Assembly: GCA_951406725.2 (NCBI GenBank) | Contig: OX597819.1 | Location: forward strand, 12,524,001-12,588,000 | Length of the DNA: 64,000 nt | Source of the DNA: Octopus vulgaris | Taxonomy: Eukaryota | Direction of reading: 5' to 3' | Shown: in pieces, positions 38,801 to 52,400 of the stretch | Layout: the number at the start of each line of letters is the position of its first letter | Position numbering within the stretch: the first letter of the stretch is position 1 | Program-made: the position numbers and the translations under genes | Notes under the pieces: model-generated | What the model was told of the DNA's origin: nothing | The model's database searches: none | The model's input: only the letters and a program-made list of their open reading frames with translations

Positions 38801-39355
38801 CGCAACATAAAAATTTAATGACAGGTTTTACTGGAATTGAAAAAACAACAAACTAATATTAGAAAATGACAGATTAACATAGATAGATAGATATAACAGT
38901 TCTGCAATCCAACGTAGAACCCACAATAAACGTTTTCCTCTCTCAAACAGATGCATATTGGAATACTTCATAAGTAAAACACTAAAAGTGTAGCAGCTCC
39001 AAGGAAGAAGCACTGGTGGTGAAGTGGGGTTGGTTTATTAATTTATAGACAGTAATTAGCGAAATAAAATGTATCAGTACTTAGTTTAATACTATATGTA
39101 TGTATTTAAGTTAACAATGAGGTTAGGGTTTCCTTCATCGTGCAATAGTTTAATTGGATTTATATTTATGAAGGCCGAACGAGACGTCCTACACACAATT
39201 TTGATCAAACTTTTCTGGATCCGGCGAGAAGTAGGACTTATTAAAACAAAGGGCAGCGGTGTTAGGAAATAAAACGAATACTTTAAATAAGTTCAGATAA
39301 CATCATTAATGATACAGCTAGCTCAACAACAATAAATACGAGTGAAAGGACTTAC

Positions 39356-39436
39356 GGTGGTGGTTGTAGACAAGGTTCTCCGGCAACATGCCGTGACTGT
39401 GGTCACCAGAAACCGACTGTGGAACAGAGTCGACAT
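39356..39436 (-). CDS. MDH2: MDH2 exon 1, mitochondrial presequence
   Basis: ATG at 39436. MSTLFHSRFLVTTVTACCRRTLSTTTT is R/S/T-rich with no acidic residues. gtaag donor, phase 0 matching exon 2; lies in a CpG-richer promoter-like region. Confidence 0.85.
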
Positions 39437-39553
39437 AACGGTACAATGTTAACTTCTCTTGAAATGTCTGGAGCAACTTAAGGCGTCTATTGCGCTATGA
39501 CAATAGAAATCAAGCTTCGTTATGTCAGTAGAAATCGCTAAGGAAGCGAAATA

Positions 39554-39659
39554 GTTGCCGGAGACGGGGTTGTGTGTATCAAGTGTGAAGTAAGGTCACG
39601 CACCAAAGTCGCTGGTTGAGAAGACGCTTACCGCCGGAAGTAGATCGTGCGCAGGCGCA
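39554..39659. promoter_or_regulatory. MDH2 proximal promoter: NRF1, ETS/GABP and nuclear-receptor half-site motifs
   Basis: TGCGCAGGCGCA 39648-39659, CCGGAAGT 39634-39641, TAAGGTCA 39591-39598 and X-box-like GTTGCCGGAGAC 39554-39565, all 120-220 nt upstream of the ATG. Confidence 0.65.
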
Positions 39660-40267
39660 ATTGTTGCCTGACACGCACCTTCAGCCTCCCACTTAGTTCT
39701 TGATTGCCTGAGCAGAGAGAAGCGCTTCTTTCTGTGGTCGGTGGTGATTTAATTAAGAATCGAGTGGCAGTAGATTTGTAACATTTAAGCAAATTTTATT
39801 TTGTAATATATGACAACTCTTAGGCGGCGAGGAGCTGGCAGAATCGTTAGCACGCCGGGCGAAATGCGTAGCCGTATTTCGTCTGCCCGTTACGTTGTGA
39901 GTTATATTTATAAACTTAGTACTTATTGTATTGGTCTGTTTTGCCGTACCGCTAAGTTACGAGGATGTAAACACACCAGTATTGGTTGTCAAGCGATGTT
40001 GGGGGGGGGGACACACACACACACACATAAATTTTATTTTCGTAGTGAGATAAAAAAAAAATCAGTGCTTGTTCTAAAATCTACACAGCCTTGGTTTTTT
40101 ATCTCATTACGAAAAAAGAAATTTTAATATACACACGGACATATGACTAACGTTGAACTCCTTATTCGCATAATCACTGAACCTGGAACTTAACTATGGT
40201 CTACCTAAAGCACTTATTCAGCATTACCTGATACCTTTGGGTCTCACTGTCACCATTACCTCTCATA

Positions 40268-40376
<109 letters not shown>

Positions 40377-41100
40377 CGACGGGTTTCTTTCAGTTTCCAT
40401 CTGCCAAATCCACTCACAAGGCTTTTGTCGGCCTGAGGTTATAGTAGAAGACGCTCACCCAAGGTGCCGCGCAGTAGGACTGAACCTGGAACCATGTGGT
40501 TGGTTAGCAAGCTACTTACCACACCCCCACTCCTGCCACCTTGCACTTTCAGTTGGTGCAGTTTCTTTCACTTCATCTACCATATTATACGTACAAAGTT
40601 CGAAACGTTGTCAAAAAGACTTGTCTTGACTTGTCTTGGCCCATTAATTTCTGACAGAGTCATAGTAGCGCCTTTGTGACACATTGTACATCAGTTTTCT
40701 CCATCTGTTGCCGTTATGTACAAAGACTCACGCCTTTGCTAAAGATTTACCATTCTTGAATGTACCTTCATCTTCTACTACCTTTTTATAAAGCACAAGG
40801 AGAAGATCCAATCGTGTGGTAACTTGATGCTGATTGGTTTTTTAATAGACTGATCACATGAAACTACTGTGCTTTGATTGTGATGTCTGGTCAGCTACCT
40901 AGCGGTTCAGATTCGAACCACTGCTACAAGTCCATCATGAACAAATCATTATAATAGCTATTGAGAGAAGAAAATCTAAGTATTCGTGCTTGATGAGGTG
41001 GTTTTTTAACATGAGATCAAAGTAGCATGACTACCGACTGACCAAAGAAAACTCTTTGCCCACCCCCATCTATGTCTCCTCTGCTTTGTATTTCTTGCGC

Positions 41101-41131
<31 letters not shown>

Positions 41132-44100
41132 TTACTTGTTTCAGTCATTTGACATGCAGCATTGGTTGTCAAGCGATGTTGGGGGGACAAACATATACAC
41201 AAACATAGACACACAAACATATACACACACATACATACATATATATATTTACATATATATATATATATATTTACATATATATATATATATATATATGCAC
41301 ACACATATATACAACGGGCTTCTTTTAATTTCCATCTACCAAATCCACTCACAAGGCTTTGGTCGGCCTGAGGCTATAGTAGAAGACACCTGCCAGTGGG
41401 AATAAACCCGGAACCATGTGGTTGGTAAGCAAGCTACTTACCACACAGCCACTCCTGTGCCTGTATCTCAATTTATAAATTTATAAATACAATTTGGTGC
41501 AAAACTGCAATTTTCTGTTGTTTCTTTCCACCACACAAACATGCCAGAACAACGATCAGCCAAAATCCTCTGATATGTTGTAGCCATTGTTTGTTACTTG
41601 GTTGACATGGTTTTGAATGCTAAGTATTGCAACAAGCTTAATATTCCTCAACTTTTTAAACTGCAAAGATAAAATGCATGTGTTTATCATCCAGTGGAGA
41701 GTTATTATAAGGGAGATAATCATTTCTTCATAATATCTGGCGGGATTAGAATTTTGAATTTGAAATTAATGACTTATAAGATAAAATGTGTATAGATTAC
41801 ACATAATTAATTTTTTTTTGTTTATTTATTACAAAGTTCTTAAAATTACTCACCAGTGGTTATTGTGTGTAGCACTATTTCATTCTTTTTAGAAATGGTC
41901 AGCATCATATATGACCTGGGTCATCTTATATATTTTATGAAGCAAGGTGATTTTTATTGGTAAAATGTAATTGTAGTTTGGAGGATATTCATGGAATGTG
42001 TTTTGGTTTTGGTTTTGGCTTTTTTTTATAGAATGTTAATATTTTAGCTAACAAGAGAAAAGCAAAAGAAAGTTCTTAGTGTCTAAATATAGGGTAACTA
42101 TTTCCAGGGAATTCAAGTTTATGAAGGTGTCTTAGAGTAACTCATCATTTTAGTTTTAACTACAAACCAAATTCACAAGTAATTTTTAAAAATATTCTTC
42201 GAGATATAGGTATTGGTTTCTAGCTGTTACTTTGTAACAGTAATCCTTCATTACGAAGAGTAAGAGACTTCTCTTCATAAATGTATTGCTTATTTAATTT
42301 TTCTACTCTAAATAATGCTTTCACACGTTGGCACAAGGCCAGCAATTTTGAGGAGAGGGCATTAGTCGAAACCATTCAACTCCAGTACTTTATTTTATTC
42401 ACCTTGAAAGGATGAAAGGCAAAGTTGACATCAGTGGGAACACGAGGAAAATAATCTGCAAATATTTAAAATCAAAAGGATTACATGATAAAATATTGTA
42501 CTCTTTTTACATTTTTAAATAACTGTGGAAAAGAAAAAATTCAAAAACTTTTCCTGTGTTCATGACTCTAACGAAATAAAGTTTATTAACACCACTTCCT
42601 TCTAAGGTATAACACCATCGTCTTTGTTCATTGTAGTTTGCCCGGATTTACGGAGAAAATAGTGTCAATAATGGTCTCATAAGAATTTAATACATAACCT
42701 TCCATTAACAATGAAAAACAACTTCAAGAAAATTTTCTCATGTGAAATTTACTCAAAGTATACTTAAAAAAAACGTCAACATTTTCTATGTAAAAGAATT
42801 TTTAACATATTATTATATGCTACAACCACTTCGAGCTCAGCATTAAAAACAAATTATTCCTGCTCTAAATATTAATATATAAAACTATTCAGTTGTTAGT
42901 TGTCAAAACTTCCATGCTTCCTGAGATTCGCCAACACTACACCTGATTTTCTCAGTGTATCTGACTCATACACTGTTCCCTTTCCAGAGATTTGTACATT
43001 ACTGCATGTACTTTATACACATTTTTGGCAAGTTGTGGTGCACCTGAGCACTGTATACAATAATTTCAATATTATTATTATTTTAAGAATGTGTGTCTGT
43101 CTGTCTATCTGCAGTCTGTCTGTGTGAATTCCTAAAACCCGAGAACTACCCAACTGATTTCATTCAAATTTTACATATGCCTTACGTAGGGTCCATGCAG
43201 TGCCATGGGCCAAAAAAATTTTTAACCTCTTGCCTAATGCAAGCTCAGAGCAATCTCTTACCACTTACACTATTTCAGTATTATATGTCAAAAGTGAAAC
43301 AAAAACATCCCTCTATTGTAATGTGACTTACTTTCACTATTAGTGGAGGCGCAATGGCCCAGTGGTTAGGGCAGCGGACTCACGGTCATAGGATCGCGGT
43401 TTCAATTCCCAGACGCCGGCCTTGTCACTCTCTGTGTCACGTTGAATATCCCCAAGAACTACGTTAAGGGTGCACGTGTCTGTGGAGTGCTCAGCCACCT
43501 ACACGTTAATTTCACGAGCAGGCTGTTCCGTTGATTCGGATCAACCGGAACCCTCATCGTCGTAACCGACGGAGTGCTTCCACCACTTTCACTATTAATA
43601 CTGAAACTATTATCTCATATATATACAGGCATACATGCATACATACATACATACATATATACATACATACATACATGTATACATACATACATATATATAT
43701 AACTTCTAAACTGGAGTGAGACAGCATGTTTTTTATCTATCTCCTTAACTTCTTGGAGATTTTAGGTATAATTATACTAATGAGTCCATCTGTTCTAATT
43801 TAATTAAATTCTATGTCTTTGTACAGATGAAGATTGTTCTGCATTTTAAATTGATTTAATGATTGCATTGTTCAATAAAATGGAGTTGCATGAAACAGTC
43901 ATACTGCATTACCTCTGGATATCCATGTTGCTTATTTTGACACACACACACACACACACACACAAACATATACACACATGCATATATATATATATACATA
44001 TATACGACGGGCTTCTTTCAGTTTCCGTCTTCCAAATCCACTCTCAAGGCTTTGGTTGGCCCGAGGCTATAGTAGAAGACACTTGTCCAAGGTGCCACGC

Positions 44101-44159
44101 AGTGGGACTGAACCCGGAACCATGTGGTTGGTAAGCAAACTAGTTACCACACAGCCACT

Positions 44160-44211
<52 letters not shown>

Positions 44212-44241
44212 CATACATATATATATATATATATGTATAAA

Positions 44242-44290
<49 letters not shown>

Positions 44291-44291
44291 A

Positions 44292-46042
44292 CTGGCAAAG
44301 AAACAAGCCTGGAAGGATGGTGGTAGCAGGGAATGGTACCAGGTAGCCAGAAGAGAGGCTGGGCAGCAGGTATACATAGCCAAGAGAGAAGCGGAAAAGA
44401 AGAAGTTTGCCAATGTCCAGAGACGTGAGGACCAAAGAACTGAGGTATTTCGGATTGCAAGACAGTGTGTGAGAGAAAATTGTGATGTCACAGGAGAGAA
44501 ATGTGTTCGAATGGATTATGGGGCACTTGCTTTTAGTGATTCTGAAAAGAAAGAGGCTTGGAGAAGCCATTATGAAAGACTGCTGAATGTGGTGAATGAA
44601 TGGGAGGAGGAGAACCTGCCAAGTGTTGACCCAGTAGAGGGACCAGCTATCCATATGGATAGCTCCCTAGTAGACAAAGCAATTAAGGGTATGAAGCCAG
44701 GAAAAGCCCCCGGCCCATCAGAAATCATCGTTGAGATGCTTAAAACATCCGGTGGTGTGGGCTACGGCCTAGTCACCCGCTTTGTAAACCAGGTAGTTCA
44801 TGACGGAGTCATACCCAACAACTGGTGTAGCAGCACCATAGTCAACTGCTACAAGGGTAAAGGTGATGCTCTAGATAGAAATAACTACAGGGGTATCAAA
44901 CTGCTAGATCAGGTAATGAAGGTCACAGAGAGGGTCATAGCCCAACTCATCAGGGAGAGAGTCTGCATAGATGAGATGCAGTTCGGATTTGTGCTGGGTA
45001 GAAGCACCACTGATGCCATATTCCTGGTTTGACAACTGCGGGAGAAATACCTAGCCAAAGATAAACCCCTATACTTAGCTTTTGTGGACTTGGAGAAAGC
45101 CTTTGACAGGGTCCCCCGATCCCTTATCTGGTGGGTGATGCGGAAACTGGAGATTGACAAATGGTTACTAAGGGCTGTACAGGCCCTTTACAGAGAGGCT
45201 GTTAGCAAGGTTAGGATTGGTAATGAGTACAGTGAAGAATTCCAGGTAGAAGTTGGCGTCAACCAAGGCTCAGCCCTCAGTCCCCTTCTATTCATCATAG
45301 TCCTTCAGGCAATAAGAGAGGAATTCAAGATGAGTTGCCCCTGGGAACTCCTCTATGCTGATGACCTAGACCTCATAGTAGAATCACTACCGGAACTAGA
45401 GAAGAAATTTCATTTTTTTAAAGCTAGATTTAGAATCAAAAGGCCTTACAGTCAATGTAGCAAAGACCAAAGTTCTAGTAAGTAGGAAGGCAAACCCACC
45501 ACACGCCCTTTCAGGTAGGTGGCCCTGCTTGATTTGTAGAAACTCCATAAGACGTACCCAGTGTAAGCTATGGACGCATAAGAGGTGCAGCAACATCAAA
45601 GGAAAATTAACTGGGAAGATAGCTTTTGTGTGCGGTAGATGCACAGGGGCAATAGACACCATTGATACTCAGAAAATAGATTCCATTACACTCCTGGGGG
45701 AGAAACTAGTAGTTAATAGTTTCTGCTACCTAGGTGATCAAATTAGTAGCGGGGGTGGATGTTCAGAGAGTGTTATCACTAGAATAAGAATAGCCTGAGC
45801 AAAGTTTAGGAAGCTTCTTCCCCTACTGGTGACAAAGGGTCTCTTACTCAGAGTGAAAGGTAGATTGTACGATGCATGTGTGCAAACTGACATGCTTCAC
45901 GGCAGTGAAACTTGGGCTGTGACTGTGGAGGACATGCATAGGCTCGAAAGAAATGATGCTAGCATGATCTGCTGGATGTGTAATGTCAGTGTCCATGCAC
46001 GACAGAGTGTAAGCGCCCTGAGAGTAATGTTGGGCATAAGAA
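44292..46042 (+). mobile_element. RTE-clade LINE ORF fragment (decayed RT)
   Basis: GKAPGP, NYRGIKLL, QFGF, DLEKAFD, QGSALSP, LYADD and LHGSETW motifs, with stops and frameshifts; starts after (TA)n. Confidence 0.92.
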
Positions 46043-46807
46043 AATTTGTTGTTCTTGCATCTTTCTCTTAATTCAATAAAAATTGTTACACTGGGGACTT
46101 AAAAAAACTGGAATATTCTTATTGTTACAATTTTTGTGATTTGATGCCCTTTCTAATGCTAACCATTCAATAATGCAGAGTGTATCGAATATTTTCATGG
46201 CGCTAGCACTAAAAATGTATTTTTAATTGGTGATTTGAGACGACCCATCCAGCTTAGAAAACTTGCGGCCATAGAGACATGGTGTCCATGTCCGTGCTCC
46301 TAACAATCCTTTTGCCCACCACACAAACACCCCTGTTCACCACCCTCCACCCATGTTCACCATCCACTGTATTTCTCTCCATTCTATCTTCCAATCTCTC
46401 CTCACACCCTTGTGAATCTACTTCCAGATGATGCGGCCCTAATGAACCCCCCCTCACAACATAACCTCCTAATACTCCCTCCCTCTACCTGTACCCCCAC
46501 TCACTACTTTCCTTCCACCCACCATCATCCCTCCCTCCTCCTGAAGTCTTGCAAACTTACTCCCCTCACCTTATCCAATCCTTGGTTCCACATCACTTAT
46601 ACACAACATTTGTATAACTTGAGTGCCCTCCCCCATCACATCTTCACCATCTTCTCTCTTTCTTCTCTCCTTTCTCTCTCTCTCTCTTCAAATGAGGTTG
46701 CCATGTATCTCCTCTACTATAAGACAGCTATTTCTGTCCCTCTGTTTTATCTTTAGCATCTCAGCACATTCCACAATGCCATCTGCCACTACTTTGTTCT
46801 TAGTTAT

Positions 46808-47205
46808 AGGCGCAGGAGTGGCTGTGTGGTAAGTAAGCTGCTTACCAACCACATGGTCCCAGGTTCAGTCCCACTGCACGTCACCTTGGTCAAGTGTTTT
46901 CTGCTATAGCCTTGGGCCGACCAAGGCCTTGTGAGTGGATTTGGTAGACGGAAACTGGAAGAAGCCCGTCATATATATGTATGTGTATATGTTTGTGTGT
47001 GTGTGTGTTTGTCACCCCACCATCGTTTGACAACTGATGCTGGTGTGTTTATGTCCCTGTAACTTAGTGGTTTGGCAAAAGAGACTGATAGAATAAGTAC
47101 TAGGCTTATATAGAATAAGCTCTGGGGTCGATTTGCTCAACTAAAGGCGGTGCTCCAGCATGGCCACAGTCAAATGACTGAAACAAGTAAAAGAGTAAAA
47201 GAGTT
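46808..47205 (+). mobile_element. SINE family A, full copy
   Basis: Head aggcgcaggagtggctgtgtggtaag with an A/B-box-like layout; tail gtaaaagagtaaaagag. Confidence 0.85.
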
Positions 47206-47945
47206 AAGAAGTCTTGTCATGCAAGTTCCTCAGTGACCTCAATGCAGCTGGCACCACATAAAAAGCACCCAGAACACTCAATACCTGTGGCTGGCATTAA
47301 GAAAAGCATCCAGTCATAGAAACCATGCTAAATCAGACATAAGAGCTTCACACAGTCTTCTAACTGTCCAGCTGTCCAGTTCATGCAAGTGTTAAAGAAG
47401 GGCCTTAAATGATGATGATGATGATGAGTTAAACATAAGTTAAACATCTGCTCCTTTTATAAAGTCGAGTGGTCACTTCTTTGCTGATGTCATCACTCTT
47501 TGACAGCGTCCGGTTTCTGTTATTGTTATTTTTTTTCATGTGAATACAGTGATTCAGATTCGATTCCTAGGCAGTGAGTTGATGATTGGGACTCTGTCAA
47601 ATATTCCTGCAACAAACATGTATAGATGTATGCATGTATGTATGTATGTATGTAGCAATGTGTGTATGTCATTATTCAGTTTTATTTCAAGACTTCTTGC
47701 CAACAGAGAAAGAACCAGTTTCTAACCTAGATATAAGGCTCCTTCATTGGAATTTCAACATCAAAAACAGGGTATTTTTGTATGTATGTATGTATGTATG
47801 CCTGCATCCATGCATGCATGTCTGTCTGTCTGTCTGTATGTATGTATGTATGTATGTATGTATGTATATGTGCAGATTTGTATGTTTTGCTTTATGTATG
47901 TATTCTCATGCATGTGGTTGCATATCTAGACATGCTCATATATAT

Positions 47946-48370
47946 TTAAATGATAAACTTCTGGAAAGTTTTACAGATTTTTACAGTTCCAATGATGGAT
48001 TGGATCTGTAGTCTTCGAATTTGTTTTCTCCTTTCTGGTTTTGAGAAGCCTAATTTCTCAAGATTGGTGTGGTGTCGGTGGAGAGGACGACAGATGAGGA
48101 GGGTGGAAGTAGGGCTTGTAGGGGCCGGCGGAAGACTGGAGGGCGCATGTGCGCGGGGAAGCGGTCAAGTGGGATGCACGTGTGGCGATCGAGGAAGTGG
48201 GTAGTTCGAGCATAAACGAGGAAGCGACAGGACGTGTCGAATTTGTAAGAGACCTCTGATCTTCGCGAGGTAAGACCTGTTTGTATTTCTTCTCCTTCTG
48301 TTGTCCTCTTCATCCATCACACTACAATTGGTATTTAGGCAGTGTTACATATCCCAGGGCCCCAATAATA
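47946..48370 (-). mobile_element. R2-superfamily (RLE-type) non-LTR element 3' fragment, split by the solo LTR
   Basis: Rejoined minus-strand translation (one frameshift): [52 protein letters not shown]. Confidence 0.6.
48068..48326. mobile_element. Solo LTR (259 bp)
   Basis: TGTGGTG...CACTACA termini, 5-bp TSD ATTGG at 48063-48067 and 48327-48331, CpG-rich. Confidence 0.8.
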
Positions 48371-48912
48371 AACATGTATATGTATTCTTTTAGTCTTGTA
48401 TTCTTTTATTTGTTTCAGCGATTTGACTATAGCCATTTTGGAGCACTGCCTTTAGTCAAACAAATCGACCCCAGGACTCTGTCTGTTATCAGAGCCGCAT
48501 TCTTTTTGTTTGTTTGTTTGTGCGCATGTGCATGCACATATGCATATGTGTATGTATGCATGTATGTGTGTATGCATGCTTGTATGTGTGTGCATGTGTA
48601 TGCTTATATATATATATGTATGCATGTGTGTACGTTTATATGTATGTATTCTGCATATTCATGTGTTTGTGTGCGTATGTCTTGTGTGTTTGTATGTGTG
48701 TGTATGTGTGTGTGTATTTGTGTGTGTACCTCTGTCTCCTTGTATGTGCTTGTGAAGTGTGCATGTGTGTATATGGTCATGTGTTTCAGCCTTCATTTAT
48801 GTATGCGTGTGTGTGTGCTGCCCTGTCCATATTACCTATGTACCGATCTACCTATTTACTTACATATCTATTTACCTACATATATATATATATATATACA
48901 TACATACATACA

Positions 48913-49018
<106 letters not shown>

Positions 49019-49711
49019 TGTTTGCTAACAACTCTACCTGTTTATCTTATTGGGGTATGACTACCTTCTACATATATTTCCTATTTAGTACTAGGTATGT
49101 TTCATTTATGAGGACGTACACCTGTATTTGTCTGAGTGTTGGATCTTTTGGGTGCTTGGAAAAAATTCAGATGTCAAGTTAGCCCAGTGTGCCTCCAGGT
49201 TGGTCTTTGGTGGAGTATGGAGGACTGTTTTTTTGTTGTCATATTGTCTCAAATGTCCATTTAGTCTCTCCGTAATGCTTCTATATACATTCCTCTAAAA
49301 TGGGTGGAGAAACTCCTACCCATGGGTGCAATTGCCTATTTTATTGTGCTCACAGGCTGGGATACTCATGTACAAAATATAGTCAATTTTCCAATCAAAA
49401 TTTATACAATATTTGCATGCCTATTTCCGACATAGGTCGCATTTCCACTATGACTTAAAATGGTCAGAAATCATCTGGTAATGGCAATTTGAATGGAAAT
49501 TTTGTTTTCACTATAAAACACATATTGCTAGGATTGTACCACCTCATTAAGATCTGTCTACACTCTAGCTGAAAAATACAGAACACCTCATAAGTAATAT
49601 AAACATCCTAAATTTAGTGGCGGCGTTAATGAAGATGTTACACATTAATTTAATGTGTTAAACTCATCTTTATTAATGTATATTGAATTATACATAGATA
49701 TATACAAGATT

Positions 49712-50025
49712 TGGAGGCGCAATGGCCAAGTGGTTAGGGCAGCGGACTCACGGTCGGAGGATCGCGGTTTCAATTCCCAGACCGGGTGTTGTGTGTGTTT
49801 ATTGAGCGAAAACACCCAAAGCTCAACGAGGCTCCGGCAGGGGGTGGTGGTGACTCCTGTTGTATTCTTTTGCCCCAACTTTCTCTCACTCTTTCTTCCT
49901 GTTTCTTGGGTTACGCTGCAATGAACTGGTGTCCCGTCCAGCTGGGGGGAAACACATATGCCACAGAAACCGGGAAACCGGGACCAAGAGCCTGGCTAGG
50001 CTTGAAAAGGGCACATAAATAAATA
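49712..50025 (+). mobile_element. tRNA-derived SINE family C
   Basis: Head tggaggcgcaatggccaagtggttagggcagcggactc...gtttcaattccc, core gatg(g/a)actggcgtcccgtccag. Related copies at about 43344-43585, 55258-55490 and 57390-57660. Confidence 0.75.
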
Positions 50026-51609
50026 AAAGTATACAAGATTTACATAGATATAAGAGTTAGAACTTGTGATCTGCCTGCAGACCTTTTTCTTACGAAATTC
50101 TTGCCCACCGTTCTAAAAAGTTTCCCCACCCCTGATTTAAAAGATCTACATGGTTTAAATATCCCAACAGCAGTTTCAGTGACTCAATCTTTGAGTTGAA
50201 TGTCCTCCTCAGTGAACAGACAAGAAATGGCTGTTAATGATATTTTAATGGGATCATTGTATTTACAAGTGATTCTCTGGTAGTTGATGTCAGCTGTCAC
50301 TTATCAAGCATCAAGAGGTTCTTGGTTTTGAAATTCCTGAGAAAGAATTTGACCATTTGTTGACATGTTGAAATTATAGTTAATTAAAAACATATTTACT
50401 GCAACATCAAAACAATAATGAAAAGTAATTATTAAATGCAGTAGTTAGCTCAATGACTAATTTTATCTTAATTACCATCTAAAAGTGTATGCTGTGTTAA
50501 AACACAAGATACTGCAATAGTTACCAAGAGAGAAACTCTTGTATGGTTTTTTGATGTGTATAAACACTCTAGTTTACATCGCTACCTGATATGCACCTAA
50601 AGACCATATGAGAGGTTCTCTCAGGCTGACTATTGCAGTATTCTGTGTTCTAACACCACATCCATTTTTAAGTGGGGATAAATATTACCTGTAGTGGGCT
50701 AAATGTGATGTGTCATATCAGGTTGATATGATGTAGCCCACTACTGAATGTAGTGTATAGATGTAACACTTCAAGGTTTTCGCATTGGAGTAACCAGTGA
50801 ATTGAAGAAGCAACACCAGGAAAGAATAAATATTATTAACATATGTTTATTCGTTTGCCCAACAGGTAGTTGAAGAGACAGTAGTAATTCTAGTGATAGT
50901 GGTAAGGTTGGCTCGCTGATTAGTAGTTGATAGTGTAGAAAAGGGTTGTCTGTTAGTAGAGAGTGAAAGAGTAAGGAATGCATGGTGCTGACTAGAAAGT
51001 AAGAAGGGATAAAAGTGGCATCACCTTTCTCGTGACCAACTGCCTCTCTTTGCATGTCGAGTGAAGGGCGAAGGGAAGTGCTGCTCTTGGTTAAGGCTGA
51101 CACAGAAGTGGATGTTGCTCCTTGGTCTGGCTGACACAAAAGAAGAAGAGATAGAAAATTCTCTCTTTTATACAGACTATGGTCAATAATGTAGGTCAAA
51201 CCTTAAACAAAGGACTAACCTTTCCTTGACCAGCAAAGGTCCCAGGGCATCGAGTGTTTCCTCATCAATCATTTAGTGTGAAGAGGATTTCCCACTCGTT
51301 TTGACAGCAACAAGCAGGTGGATTTGGCTTCAAATCTCAGGCAGGGTCAAGCTAGACCCCTATATACCTTTTGGTATTAATATTGCTTCTGTTGCGACTA
51401 ATTATTTATTTTAATCATTTTGGGGAAATAAGGGAGACAACCACTGACATGTTTTGGCTTTATTAGACTTCATTCAGTTTCCATCGACCAAATTCACTCA
51501 CAAGCCTTTGGTTGACCTGGTGCTACTATAGAAGACAAATGCCCAAAGTTTCATACTGTGGGATTAAACTCACTCAAAATCACGTGGTTGGGAAACCATG
51601 CAAGTATTC

Positions 51610-52400
51610 TTTTATTCTTTCATTTGTTTGTCATTTGACTGCAGCCATACTGGAGCACCGCCTTTAGTTGAACAAATCGACCCCAGGATTTATTCTTTGT
51701 AAGCCTGGTACTTATTCTATTGGTTTCTTTTGTTAAACTTCTAAGTTACAGTGATGTAAGCACACCAGCATCAGTTGTCAAATGATGTGGTGGTGGGGGG
51801 ACAAACACACACACACACACACACATGCGACAGGCTTCTTTCAGTTTCTGTCCACCAAATCCACTCACAAGGCTTTGGTCGGTCTGAGGATATAGTAGAA
51901 AACACTTGCCCAAGGTGCCACACAGTGGGATTGAACCCAAAACCATGTGGTTGGTAAGCAAGCTACTTACCACATAGCTATTCCAGTTAGCCTTTTGTTA
52001 ATTTATTTTATTGAGTGGCTGTGTGGTAAGTAGCTTGCAAACCAACCACATGGTTCCGGGTTCAGTCCCATTGCGTGGCATCTTGGGCAAGTGTCTTCTG
52101 CTATAGCCTCGGGCTGACCAATGCCTTGTGAGTGGATTTGGTAGACGGAAACTGAAAGAAGCCTGTCATATATATATATGTATATATATATGTATGTGTG
52201 TGTCTGTGTTTGTCCCCCTAGCATTGCTTGACAACCGATGCTGGTGTGTTTACGTCCCCGTCACTTAGCGGTTCGGCAAAAGAGACCGATAGAATAAGTA
52301 CTGGGCTTACAAAGAATAAGTCCTGGGGTCAAGTTGCTCGATTAAAGGCGGTGCTCCAGCATGGCCGCAGTCAAATGACTGAAACAAGTAAAAAAAAAAA
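51610..52400. mobile_element. Two SINE A copies head-to-head (about 51610-51980 minus, 52012-52400 plus)
   Basis: Reverse-complement arms of about 370 bp separated by about 30 bp. Confidence 0.85.

Noticed and set aside
43344-43420. tRNA genes (also at 49712, 55258, 13100-13175 and 11797-11853)
   Set aside because: These are tRNA-like heads of SINEs or foldbacks. No convincing acceptor stem was found and most continue into repeat bodies.
50771-51370. Possible LTR or novel gene
   Set aside because: I could not identify matching TG...CA termini, a TSD or a protein motif, so it is left unassigned.
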